Below are positions 30,839-39,177 of a stretch of DNA of 61,121 nt, piece by piece. A program made the position numbers and the translations under genes. The DNA comes from a virus. Within the stretch, counting starts at the first letter, position 1. Each line of letters opens with the position of its first letter. The notes beneath the pieces are model-generated. The model was not told where the DNA came from. It searched no databases and was given only the letters and a program-made list of their open reading frames with translations. The DNA lies in IMG/VR virus record IMGVR_UViG_3300013936_000003, positions 1 to 61,121 of that record. The stretch is one strand, 5' to 3'.

Positions 30839-30970
30839 ATGAAAAAAAGCATGAATAAAATTTTCGGCAAGGTGATAGTCGCAGTAACATCGCTTGTCTG
30901 TTTTGCAATGATAGTCGGCGTGATAGCGCTGTTAACCTGGTTTGTCAAACTGATATGGAACTTATGCTGA
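30839..30970 (+). CDS. 43-aa small membrane protein (below the ORF-track cutoff)
   Basis: ATG directly after the upstream TAA; MKKSMNKIFGKVIVAVTSLVCFAMIVGVIALLTWFVKLIWNLC. Confidence 0.4.
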   Translation: MKKSMNKIFGKVIVAVTSLVCFAMIVGVIALLTWFVKLIWNLC

Positions 30971-31128
30971 TATACCTGCTGCTGCATCTCATGTGTTTTG
31001 TGATTGCAGCCCGCATCACAGTTGCCGCAAGAGGCTTCCAGGTCGTTTTGCAGGCGCTGTTTGTGCTGATTTTTGCGCCGCTCATCGTGGCTGATGCCGT
31101 GGGGCGGTTTTTGGAACAGAATTTATAG
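30964..31128 (+). CDS. 54-aa small membrane protein (below the ORF-track cutoff)
   Basis: ATGCTGA overlap; MLIYLLLHLMCFVIAARITVAARGFQVVLQALFVLIFAPLIVADAVGRFLEQNL. Confidence 0.4.
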   Translation: MLIYLLLHLMCFVIAARITVAARGFQVVLQALFVLIFAPLIVADAVGRFLEQNL

Positions 31129-31160
31129 CAACTTATTGAGTTATAAAGAGTTAAACAAAT

Positions 31161-31201
31161 GTATTTTGGCGGAGAAACGATTGCATTCTTCGCCAAAATA
31201 C
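31161..31201. promoter_or_regulatory. 11-bp inverted repeat gtattttggcg / cgccaaaatac (19-nt spacer) upstream of gene 31255
   Basis: Read directly. Confidence 0.5.
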
Positions 31202-31254
31202 GTTTACTTTGCAATATAGAAAATAAGAAATAAACAACTAATAATCAACAAGTT

Positions 31255-31560
31255 ATGACTACTGAAATTCAACCAAGAAACTTTGAGATTGCAATAATTG
31301 ACCTCGTGAAAGAGCACCTGGGAGGCTTCGCCGATGAAATCGAAGTTGACGGGCAAAAATTCTATGTGGACGTTGACGCTGAAGTCTCTCAGTATGACGA
31401 GGACGGCGGAGCGTGGGCGCCTGATTACAGCGTCTACACGCTTGACGACATCTGCCTCAACTGCGTGTATGCGCTTGATGATGACGGCAACGAGCTTGAA
31501 GATGTCGAGGTCGTTGTTGACGAGAGTGAATTTGACAGAGCTATTGGCGATGAATTTTAA
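31255..31560 (+). CDS. strongly acidic small protein
   Basis: About 30 D/E against 4 K/R in 101 aa, by my count. Confidence 0.7.
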   Translation: MTTEIQPRNFEIAIIDLVKEHLGGFADEIEVDGQKFYVDVDAEVSQYDEDGGAWAPDYSVYTLDDICLNCVYALDDDGNELEDVEVVVDESEFDRAIGDEF

Positions 31561-31577
31561 TTTGAAATTAACGGAAT

Positions 31578-31907
31578 ATGGACAAGATTAAATTTGAGAG
31601 CGCCTTGATAAAATATGCTGAGGCGCTGATTAAGGAGAAAGGCCGCACCCCCGAATATGGCGGCTACAGGGCTTTGATTGAGAGTGAGGATATACGAGTG
31701 ATTAGGTTACCTCATACTCTTGAGTTGCAAGTTGGGCATCTGTTTTTCCGCTACCACTTCAGATTGAAAGACGAGTTAAGTTATGACTTCAACTGCAAGC
31801 TCTCGGAAGTCAGGATAGCCGACTTCGATGCCTGCTATGAGAGCGGCGAACTCGCCAACATCGGAAAGATAAGAAACGAATTGAAGGAACTTGAAAAACA
31901 AGCATAA
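31578..31907 (+). CDS. hypothetical protein
   Basis: ORF 109 aa. Confidence 0.65.
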   Translation: MDKIKFESALIKYAEALIKEKGRTPEYGGYRALIESEDIRVIRLPHTLELQVGHLFFRYHFRLKDELSYDFNCKLSEVRIADFDACYESGELANIGKIRNELKELEKQA

Positions 31908-31908
31908 A

Positions 31909-32661
31909 ATGAAAGCAGAAATTAACAGACTTGAATGTAAGCGAATAATTGCTGAGAGCACTTTTTTGCAAGGATTTCGTCACGGCTGGGGCAACGGCTA
32001 TGTGGCAGTGCCGCCCGAGCATCCGCTGTGGGGCATCAGCTATATGGACGACAGATTTCCGAGCCTCAACGTCCACGGAGGCGTGACCTTCACCGAGCCA
32101 GTGCTGCTCGGCAAGCGCACGGCAGTGAGCAAGAAAGAGGTGAAAGACGACTATGTCGGCAAGCGCCAGCCGTTGCTGCAATCAGCTGAACTTCTTGACG
32201 GCGAAGTGCCCGGGGCGTGGTGGCTCATCGGCTTCGACACCGTCCACGTTGATGACAACGAGAATAATTGGCCACGTGAGCGGGTCATCGATGAGACAAC
32301 GGAACTTAAAAAACAACTTGATAAATTATTTAACAGAAAGATGAAAAAGGAATTTAGAAATCTGACGCCGCACAAAATCGTGCTGAACAGCGGCGTTGAG
32401 TATGCGCCCACTGGCGTTGTAGCACGAGTGAGCAACACTTTCACCGAGGCCGATGCAGACGGCATTTGCTCTGTCGACTACGGGGATGTTGAGGGCCTGC
32501 CCGAACCTCAGCCAAATGTGCGCTACATCGTGAGCGCTATGGTGCTGGCCGCTGCGAAGTCGCTTGGCCGTACCGACTGCGTGGCCCCTGCGACCGGACA
32601 CCCCGACTGCGTGCGAAACGAAAAGGGGCAGATAGTGAGTGTGCCGTGTTTTGTCAAGTGA
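31909..32661 (+). CDS. hypothetical protein
   Basis: ATG directly after the upstream stop, in frame with track ORF 31891. Confidence 0.65.
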   Translation: MKAEINRLECKRIIAESTFLQGFRHGWGNGYVAVPPEHPLWGISYMDDRFPSLNVHGGVTFTEPVLLGKRTAVSKKEVKDDYVGKRQPLLQSAELLDGEVPGAWWLIGFDTVHVDDNENNWPRERVIDETTELKKQLDKLFNRKMKKEFRNLTPHKIVLNSGVEYAPTGVVARVSNTFTEADADGICSVDYGDVEGLPEPQPNVRYIVSAMVLAAAKSLGRTDCVAPATGHPDCVRNEKGQIVSVPCFVK

Positions 32662-32662
32662 T

Positions 32663-32941
32663 ATGGGTTATACGACTATTTGGATAGAGGGCGAGGAAAA
32701 TTTGAGGAGCTTCTGCTTGAGGCGCTTCAAGATGCCGCCCACATTTGTTGAGACAATAGGCCGTGCCGGGGGTGCCTCAATTCACTTGCTCTACAAGTGG
32801 AGGGAGGACAAGCAGAGCTATGTGGACATGTACCTGCTGTTCATGCCGCACTCCAACGGCACTTGCTACGACATTAACGACGAAAGCAAAAAAAGCTATG
32901 AAGAAATCAGAAGCACTAATGGCGCTATACTCAATGTTTGA
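32663..32941 (+). CDS. hypothetical protein
   Basis: Internal ATG of track ORF 32639, just after the upstream stop. Confidence 0.5.
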   Translation: MGYTTIWIEGEENLRSFCLRRFKMPPTFVETIGRAGGASIHLLYKWREDKQSYVDMYLLFMPHSNGTCYDINDESKKSYEEIRSTNGAILNV

Positions 32942-33089
32942 GCAAGGCGCTGAGGAGGTGTTCGTCAAGGTTGACGGCACGCTCTGCGACTTCACGCTGG
33001 AATATATCGAGGAGCAATTCGACGGCTTCGACACGGCATATCCTGCGTGTGTGGCCCTTGTGCCCACGAGAGAGAATGATAACGGCTGA
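32898..33089 (+). CDS. hypothetical small protein
   Basis: MKKSEALMALYSMFEQGAEE...; 44-nt overlap with the upstream gene. Confidence 0.4.
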   Translation: MKKSEALMALYSMFEQGAEEVFVKVDGTLCDFTLEYIEEQFDGFDTAYPACVALVPTRENDNG

Positions 33090-33199
33090 CGGCTGCTGAT
33101 GCGGGCGGTCGACACTCGGAATTTCGCATATCATAAACAATCGTCCGACTGCTCGCATTTTGCTGAAAGCCTTTTATTAACACGCAAAACAACAAATCA

Positions 33200-33451
33200 A
33201 TGACAAGCGAATTTATCAGAAAATTGCAATTTACAAATTTTACAGAAGAAGTAACTGGGCACGGAACACGTGTGTATCGCTTGCTAAGCGATGAATTGAA
33301 AATAGAAGTGGCCGTGACTTCAAACGAAGAAACTGACTGCTCTATTTACTACGACAAGCAAAACAAACTTATTGCTTTGATGAAAGTGAACTCCTATGAA
33401 GATGTGATTTCTTTTATGGATTTTGTGAAATCATTGCGAGCAAAAAAATGA
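33200..33451 (+). CDS. hypothetical protein
   Basis: ORF 83 aa. Confidence 0.6.
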   Translation: MTSEFIRKLQFTNFTEEVTGHGTRVYRLLSDELKIEVAVTSNEETDCSIYYDKQNKLIALMKVNSYEDVISFMDFVKSLRAKK

Positions 33452-33457
33452 AACCAA

Positions 33458-33832
33458 ATGAACACAACAGAAAATCAGATTAAAGTATTGCAAGCCTTTA
33501 AGGAAGGCAAGACAATTGAAGTGCTTTGCAAAGACTACACGTGGAAAGAAATCAAGGAGGAGGTGGCCGACTACTACCCCTTCAATTTCGCGATCGAGAC
33601 TTACAGAGTCAAGCCGCTGCGCCCCTACAAGGGTGCAGCGGAGTTCCTCGCAGCGCAACAGCAGCATGGGCCGTACATAGACACCACACCGACGCAGAAG
33701 GGCAGCTACTATGATATGCCCATTTTTGTAGGCCATGACTGCGTTGGGTTTAATCACTCGTCATATTCGTTCTCGGAGATGACGGATTTACACTGGCAGG
33801 ACGGCACTCCCTGCGGAATTGAGGAGGTGTGA
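33458..33832 (+). CDS. hypothetical protein
   Basis: ORF 124 aa. Confidence 0.65.
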   Translation: MNTTENQIKVLQAFKEGKTIEVLCKDYTWKEIKEEVADYYPFNFAIETYRVKPLRPYKGAAEFLAAQQQHGPYIDTTPTQKGSYYDMPIFVGHDCVGFNHSSYSFSEMTDLHWQDGTPCGIEEV

Positions 33833-34191
33833 TGAACGAAGCAGTGATTTATCTATTTACAACGAAGTGGGACAGCAGCGACCACATCACCTACATGGCC
33901 GTGCGTGGAGCTGAAAGCGTCGGTACTTGTATGGTGGACTACAGCGGCGGTATGAAGACCGATGCCCTGCTGTGGAACTTGCAAGTTGCTAAGGAGTGCC
34001 GCCAACACGGTATCGCCCGGATGCTCGTGGCTAAGGCGTGCGAGGACGCAGCCGCACGAGGCTGCGAGAAAATCACCCTTGAATGGGGGGCGATGGACAG
34101 CGACGGCTGGATTTTTGACTGGTACAAGCGGCTGGGCTTCAAGTTCGACTGCCACACCCACCGCAGCGTGCGAATGAAGAAAAAATTGTAA
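33829..34191 (+). CDS. GNAT-family N-acetyltransferase
   Basis: Motif A-like CRQHGIARMLVAKACEDAAARG; ATGA coupling. Confidence 0.7.
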   Translation: MMNEAVIYLFTTKWDSSDHITYMAVRGAESVGTCMVDYSGGMKTDALLWNLQVAKECRQHGIARMLVAKACEDAAARGCEKITLEWGAMDSDGWIFDWYKRLGFKFDCHTHRSVRMKKKL

Positions 34192-34281
34192 TGTACCCAA
34201 AACGCCAAATCGGGCACATAGGTAGCTCCTTATGTACCCATTTGCGGTTTTTTTGACCAATTAAAATTGAATATAAGGATT

Positions 34282-35136
34282 ATGGTTTACGGATATTTAC
34301 GTGTCAGCAGCGACACCCAGGATGTGAACTCTCAAAAGCAAGGCGTTGAAAAGTATGCTGCAGATCACGCAATTACAATCGACGAGTACATAACAGATGA
34401 GGGCGTTTCGGGCGGCAAAGACCCCGATAAGCGAAATCTCGGACCACTGCTGAAAAAGATAAAAAAGGGAGACACAATCATTGCCTCGGAAATCAGCCGT
34501 CTGGGACGTGATTTGTACATGGTTATGGACATATTGCACTTTTGCATGGAGCGTGGTGCTATAATTCATACCGTCAAAGACAACTTCACGCTTGGCAATG
34601 ACATTCAGAGCAAAGTGCTGGCGTTCGCTTTCGGCCTCTCTGCTGAAATCGAGCGTCAGATGATACGGCAGCGTACCAAGGAGGGATTAAGGCAGCGAAT
34701 GAAGATTGGCGTGCTCGTTGGCCGCCCGAGTACTGACGAGTATGTGCCTATTTGCAGCGAGGAGGACAAACAGAAAATCCTGGAGCAAGCTAAATGGGGC
34801 GTGCCGTTCAGGCGGCTTGCAACCAATTTTGGTGTAGACCGCAGCACCATGCTGCGGTGGCTCGCTAAGTGGGGCGTCAGCAAGTCAAAATTGCCGACTA
34901 AGAAGAAGTCTACCGCTAATGGCTTTGGCTACAAGGAGAACGACTACAAGATCGTGCCGCTTGAAGAGTCGGTACTGATTGAGGCCATTGAGGCCGACAA
35001 GACCATTCCCGAGATAGCCGAGCTGTTCAAATCGTATAGCTACGAGCAAATTTATGACACTATTTTGTGTACGAAAAAATACAATCAGTTATATCGTAAG
35101 CACGGGCAAAAGAAACTCGTCAAATCAAGGAAGTGA
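34282..35136 (+). CDS. small serine recombinase (resolvase/invertase catalytic domain) with an extended C-terminus
   Basis: MVYGYLRVSSDTQ...ASEISRLGRD...ERQMIRQRTKEGL. Confidence 0.9.
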   Translation: MVYGYLRVSSDTQDVNSQKQGVEKYAADHAITIDEYITDEGVSGGKDPDKRNLGPLLKKIKKGDTIIASEISRLGRDLYMVMDILHFCMERGAIIHTVKDNFTLGNDIQSKVLAFAFGLSAEIERQMIRQRTKEGLRQRMKIGVLVGRPSTDEYVPICSEEDKQKILEQAKWGVPFRRLATNFGVDRSTMLRWLAKWGVSKSKLPTKKKSTANGFGYKENDYKIVPLEESVLIEAIEADKTIPEIAELFKSYSYEQIYDTILCTKKYNQLYRKHGQKKLVKSRK

Positions 35137-35137
35137 A

Positions 35138-35779
35138 ATGATTTATGGGTATATCAGAGTAAGCAGCGACAAGCAGACAGTCGAGAACCAGCGCTTTGAA
35201 ATCACCAACTTTTGCCGCAAACGAAAAATCAAGGTGGACGCCTGGATTGATGAGACCATTAGCGGCACGAAGGCATATGACAAGCGGAAACTCGGAAAGC
35301 TGCTGAAGCACGTGAAGAAGGACGACATCATCATCTGCGCAGAGTTGTCGAGGCTTGGCCGAAACCTCTTCATGATTATGGAAATCCTGAACATCTGCAT
35401 GACCAAGGAGGCCAAGGTATGGACAATCAAGGACAACTACCGCCTGGGTGATGACATCCAAAGCAAGGTGCTGGCTTTCGCCTTTGGCCTCTCGGCCGAG
35501 ATTGAGCGCAACCTCATAAGCCAGCGCACGAAGGAGGCTTTGGCCAGGATAAAGGCCGAGGGCAAGAAACTTGGGCGGCCGGCTGGCACAAATTCCCCCC
35601 CCCACGAGTTGAAGTTGTGGAAGGAGCGTGAATGCATCATTGACAGCTTGGAGAACGGGATGAGCATCAATGGCCTCAGCCATGTGCTGCGCTGCTCAAG
35701 GAACACGCTGAAAATTTTTTTGCAGAGAATTGGATATGCATACAATGGAGGGAATACAGGACAGCACGCCCAAACGTAG
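35138..35779 (+). CDS. small serine recombinase, paralog of the upstream gene
   Basis: MIYGYIRVSSDKQ...CAELSRLGRN...ERNLISQRTKEAL...GRPAG. Confidence 0.9.
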   Translation: MIYGYIRVSSDKQTVENQRFEITNFCRKRKIKVDAWIDETISGTKAYDKRKLGKLLKHVKKDDIIICAELSRLGRNLFMIMEILNICMTKEAKVWTIKDNYRLGDDIQSKVLAFAFGLSAEIERNLISQRTKEALARIKAEGKKLGRPAGTNSPPHELKLWKERECIIDSLENGMSINGLSHVLRCSRNTLKIFLQRIGYAYNGGNTGQHAQT

Positions 35780-35807
35780 GGCGCACGGAAATTTCCGCAC
35801 AACGAAA

Positions 35808-36050
35808 ATGACAAGATACAGACGAGGCTGCATCTACAAGGAGCTGCAGCGCAACACAGGCAAGGGCCGTGACCCCGGTGCCAACGCCACGAGCCGCAGG
35901 CTGGTGAAAGGTGTGGGATATGTCGCCTCGTCACGCTACCGCCGGGTGGTCGAGTTTTGCGTTCATCGCAAGCGGCACAGATTTCGCACCACCAACTTTT
36001 GCAACGCAGTTCGGCAGCTGCTGCAATGGAGAGAGATTTTTAACGATTAA
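35808..36050 (+). CDS. Arg-rich basic small protein (uncertain)
   Basis: Internal ATG of track ORF 35730; MTRYRRGCIYKEL... Confidence 0.3.
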   Translation: MTRYRRGCIYKELQRNTGKGRDPGANATSRRLVKGVGYVASSRYRRVVEFCVHRKRHRFRTTNFCNAVRQLLQWREIFND

Positions 36051-36065
36051 CGAAACACACAAGCA

Positions 36066-36491
36066 ATGGAAAGTTTTTTAGAAAAATTCGACCCTCACAA
36101 ATGGGACAGAGTCTTTGGTCATCCTATCGGGCAGGAGCCCAAGGGGGGCATCGAGCCGGCGGTTTTCCGCCGCTGGTATGAGGACAGGGGACTGCGCAGA
36201 GAAATGGCAGAGGCGAAGCGAACTTGCTCTTACGAGCAGGATCTGGCCGAGGCCTGGCGGCAGAAGGAAGCCGAAAGGCGCAAGGCCGTGAAAGAGCATT
36301 TAAGGCAAGACTTCGCCGTGCCGAAGTCGATGAAAGAGGAGATGTTTGTTGAAATTCACATCAGAGAGATTGGCCAGTTCTTTGTCGGCGCTTTCAACCA
36401 CAAGGGCAATTTTTACAAGTCCTACTCCCCCAACAGGGAGAAGATGGTCGACTGGCTGCTGAGGAAGGGGAAGGAGGTGGGCCGCCTATGA
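36066..36491 (+). CDS. hypothetical protein
   Basis: ORF 141 aa. Confidence 0.65.
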   Translation: MESFLEKFDPHKWDRVFGHPIGQEPKGGIEPAVFRRWYEDRGLRREMAEAKRTCSYEQDLAEAWRQKEAERRKAVKEHLRQDFAVPKSMKEEMFVEIHIREIGQFFVGAFNHKGNFYKSYSPNREKMVDWLLRKGKEVGRL

Positions 36492-36658
36492 CGCTTGACC
36501 CGTGCAAGACGTGCGCCCACTGGCGCTTCACAATCGAGAGCGGCCACCGCCGCTACCGCTGCACAGAGATGAACACCGCCGATGTCAGGCCACGCCGCCA
36601 GTGGTGCATCGGGTGCGGCTGCAAGTTCAGAAGACCGAGAAGGAGGCCGAAAAAATGA
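36488..36658 (+). CDS. 56-aa zinc-ribbon-like basic protein (below the ORF-track cutoff)
   Basis: ATGA overlaps at both ends; CKTC...C...CIGCGC; RRPRRRPKK tail. Confidence 0.5.
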   Translation: MTLDPCKTCAHWRFTIESGHRRYRCTEMNTADVRPRRQWCIGCGCKFRRPRRRPKK

Positions 36659-37320
36659 CAATTGAAGAATTTATGGACAAGGCGATGGCCACCAGCAACG
36701 GGAGAGCCATCGGCCACGACAAGCTGCTGTTCATTTTCAAACACATAGACGAGCGTAAATCCGACCTCGCAATGATTTGCAACGTGCCAGTGTGGCGTGT
36801 ATGGCAGTTGCTGAGAGACACTGGTGCCGTCTACAAGAGGCGCCAGTGCTGGCTCGCAGGCCGCTATGCCGATGATGTGCGCCGGCTTTATGCCGAGCAC
36901 TCGGCAGAGGATGTCGCCAAAAGGCTGCATCTGACCACCCATCAGGTCAAGTATCTTGTGTCCAAGCATCATTGCCGCAAGAGCGAGGAGGGCATGCGCC
37001 GGCTGAACGAGCAGCGCAGAATAATGGCTTTGCAGTCGCCCAGGCGTGTCGAAAAGATAAAAAGCACCTGGCAAAGGCTGATAGCGGAGGAGCGCCGGCG
37101 TATCCTTGAGGGGAAGCCGCAGAAGACAAAAATCAAGTTTTCCGCCACAGACACGAGAAAGCCGAAATGGAGTGCCAGATACCATCTGATGCGCACCTAC
37201 GGCTATGAGGCCGACAGGCAGAGGCCGCACATACTCTATTACCACGTCGGCGCCAAACGCACGCCGAAGGAGCGGCACTATGAAATCAAGTATGGATTTA
37301 AATTTTACCCGAAAAAATGA
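36655..37320 (+). CDS. hypothetical protein (basic, possibly DNA-binding)
   Basis: MTIEEFMDKAM...; the N-terminus of track ORF 36502 is spurious. Confidence 0.65.
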   Translation: MTIEEFMDKAMATSNGRAIGHDKLLFIFKHIDERKSDLAMICNVPVWRVWQLLRDTGAVYKRRQCWLAGRYADDVRRLYAEHSAEDVAKRLHLTTHQVKYLVSKHHCRKSEEGMRRLNEQRRIMALQSPRRVEKIKSTWQRLIAEERRRILEGKPQKTKIKFSATDTRKPKWSARYHLMRTYGYEADRQRPHILYYHVGAKRTPKERHYEIKYGFKFYPKK

Positions 37321-37907
37321 GAAACAAGAAGATACAGGACGTGCGCAGTTTCCACGCACGCAGCAATCTGCAATTCAAGGCTTGGCACGAGGTTGATGTG
37401 ATTTGCGCCAAAATACACGAGCAGGAGACGATCAGAGACAACATGCTCAAGGTGTACAACGACAAGCAGCTGCAGGACAGGCTCGACGGCAAGATAGCCG
37501 AGCTGAGGCGGCAGCGTGACGGGATGCTGCGGAAGATTGACGAAGACCGCAAGGCGATGGTCACGCAGATAGGCGTGGTGTGGGCGTGCGCCAACCTCAT
37601 GGCCACCGTATGCGACGAGTTCGCCGACGTGTTCAAGCGCCTGACCGGCGTAGAGTCCGGCAAACTTGACACCGTCATGTACAGCGAGAAGGCCATCAAG
37701 GAGACCCGTGACCTCATTGACAACGCCGTGACACAAGAGCTGCTTTGGGAGCAGATGGGCGCAATGGTCGACGAAGTCAAGGACTGGTCGCTGAGCACGA
37801 CCTTCGCCGATGTGAGCGACCGCTTCGAGGCCCGGGCGGTAGGACTCGTGAAGGAGCTGAAGGCCGATCTCGAGAAAAAGTTCACCCGTCAGCTTGAGCG
37901 GCGATAA
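37317..37907 (+). CDS. hypothetical coiled-coil protein
   Basis: ORF 196 aa, ATGA coupling. Confidence 0.65.
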   Translation: MRNKKIQDVRSFHARSNLQFKAWHEVDVICAKIHEQETIRDNMLKVYNDKQLQDRLDGKIAELRRQRDGMLRKIDEDRKAMVTQIGVVWACANLMATVCDEFADVFKRLTGVESGKLDTVMYSEKAIKETRDLIDNAVTQELLWEQMGAMVDEVKDWSLSTTFADVSDRFEARAVGLVKELKADLEKKFTRQLERR

Positions 37908-37931
37908 TTTTGTTATTTGTTTGATTTTTAG

Positions 37932-37939
37932 TAACTTTG
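37932..37939 (+). promoter_or_regulatory. -7 box TAACTTTG(TAT), 7 nt before the ATG at 37947
   Basis: Matches TAnnTTTG. Confidence 0.5.
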
Positions 37940-37946
37940 TATCGCT

Positions 37947-38108
37947 ATGAACAGAATACTTTATTGGCTGCTCTGCGTGCTGCTGCTCGTGCCGATGCTC
38001 TGCGTTGAGTGCGGCAAGCGGCTGGCGGAGCGGCTGCTGAAGAAAGGGGGCGGCGATGAGGATGACAATCGAGGAGCTGATATACGCCCGGGAGCATCAC
38101 ATTGAGAC
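37947..38108 (+). CDS. 53-aa signal/TM peptide (uncertain, below the ORF-track cutoff)
   Basis: MNRILYWLLCVLLLVPMLCVECGK...; possibly leaderless. Confidence 0.3.
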
Positions 38109-38421
38109 GCTGATGCGCCTGCGCCTGACCGAGCTGGACATATGCCTGCGCACGCTGCTGAGGCTGGAGGACGCAGGCATACGCACGCTCGGGGAGCTGA
38201 CAGTGCGCACGGCCGACGAGTTGTGCGGATGCCGTGGCATAGGCGTGACCGCCCTTGCTGAGATAGAGAGCGCTTTGTCGGGCATAGGCCTGGCACTGCG
38301 CAAGGAGGACACACAGGCTGATGAGCAAAAAACATCATCGGACAATGAAAGTGATAGTGACAGGGAGCGGGGGCTTCATCGGCAAGCGCCTCGTGGCCGC
38401 CCTAAGAAGAAGGGGCGATGA
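38056..38421 (+). CDS. RNA polymerase alpha-subunit C-terminal-domain (alphaCTD)-like HhH protein
   Basis: LRLTELDICLRTLLRLEDAGIRTLGELTVRTADELCGCRGIGVTALAEIESALSGIGLAL. Confidence 0.7.
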   Translation: MRMTIEELIYAREHHIETLMRLRLTELDICLRTLLRLEDAGIRTLGELTVRTADELCGCRGIGVTALAEIESALSGIGLALRKEDTQADEQKTSSDNESDSDRERGLHRQAPRGRPKKKGR

Positions 38422-39100
38422 GGTTGTCGGCATCGACCGCCTTAACGGAGACGAGGCCGGCGAAATTAGCGCACACCTTACAGGCGTGGATTTCGTCTAC
38501 CACCTTGCAGCGCAGACAAGCGTGTTCAACGGCGACCTCAACGCCATCGAACGGGACAACATCGCAGCGTTCATCACCGTCTGCACCGCATGCGCCAAGC
38601 GTGGCGTGCCGCTGGTTTATGCCAGCTCAAGCACCGCAATCAACACCACAAGCCTCTACGGCCTCAGCAAGAGGTTTGACGAGGACTTCGCGGCGCTCTA
38701 CCACCCCGGGGCCATAGGGGTGAGGCTGCACAACGTGTACGGCCCGTCACCACGTCAAGGGACTCTCCTCTGGCATTTGATGAGCGACGACAAGGTGACG
38801 CTTTACAACGGAGGCCGGAACCTGCGGCATTTCACGTATGTTGATGATGCCGTGGCCGGGCTGATGGCGGCTGAGAGGCTCACAGGCCGGGAGCAGTTGG
38901 CGAACATAGCCAACCCCGAGCTGACCTCGACGCTGGATTTTGCCCGGGCGGTCGCCGCCCGAAACGGGGTGAGGCTGGAACTCAACGAAGAGTGCCGCCC
39001 CCTGGACAAAGTTGTGCAGCGCATAGACAGGGGGGTGTACACGATACCCCTACCCTACAAGTCCTACATCGAGGGCGTCAGGCTCTCGACAGGAGGATAA
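38345..39100 (+). CDS. NAD-dependent epimerase/dehydratase (short SDR)
   Basis: MKVIVTGSGGFIGKRL...; YGLSK (YxxxK). Confidence 0.85.
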   Translation: MKVIVTGSGGFIGKRLVAALRRRGDEVVGIDRLNGDEAGEISAHLTGVDFVYHLAAQTSVFNGDLNAIERDNIAAFITVCTACAKRGVPLVYASSSTAINTTSLYGLSKRFDEDFAALYHPGAIGVRLHNVYGPSPRQGTLLWHLMSDDKVTLYNGGRNLRHFTYVDDAVAGLMAAERLTGREQLANIANPELTSTLDFARAVAARNGVRLELNEECRPLDKVVQRIDRGVYTIPLPYKSYIEGVRLSTGG

Positions 39101-39177
39101 AAGGCCAGGCCGCACGGGGCACACCTCCGCTGCGGCATTGGCGTTAAAAACAACAACACACGAAACACACAAGCGAC

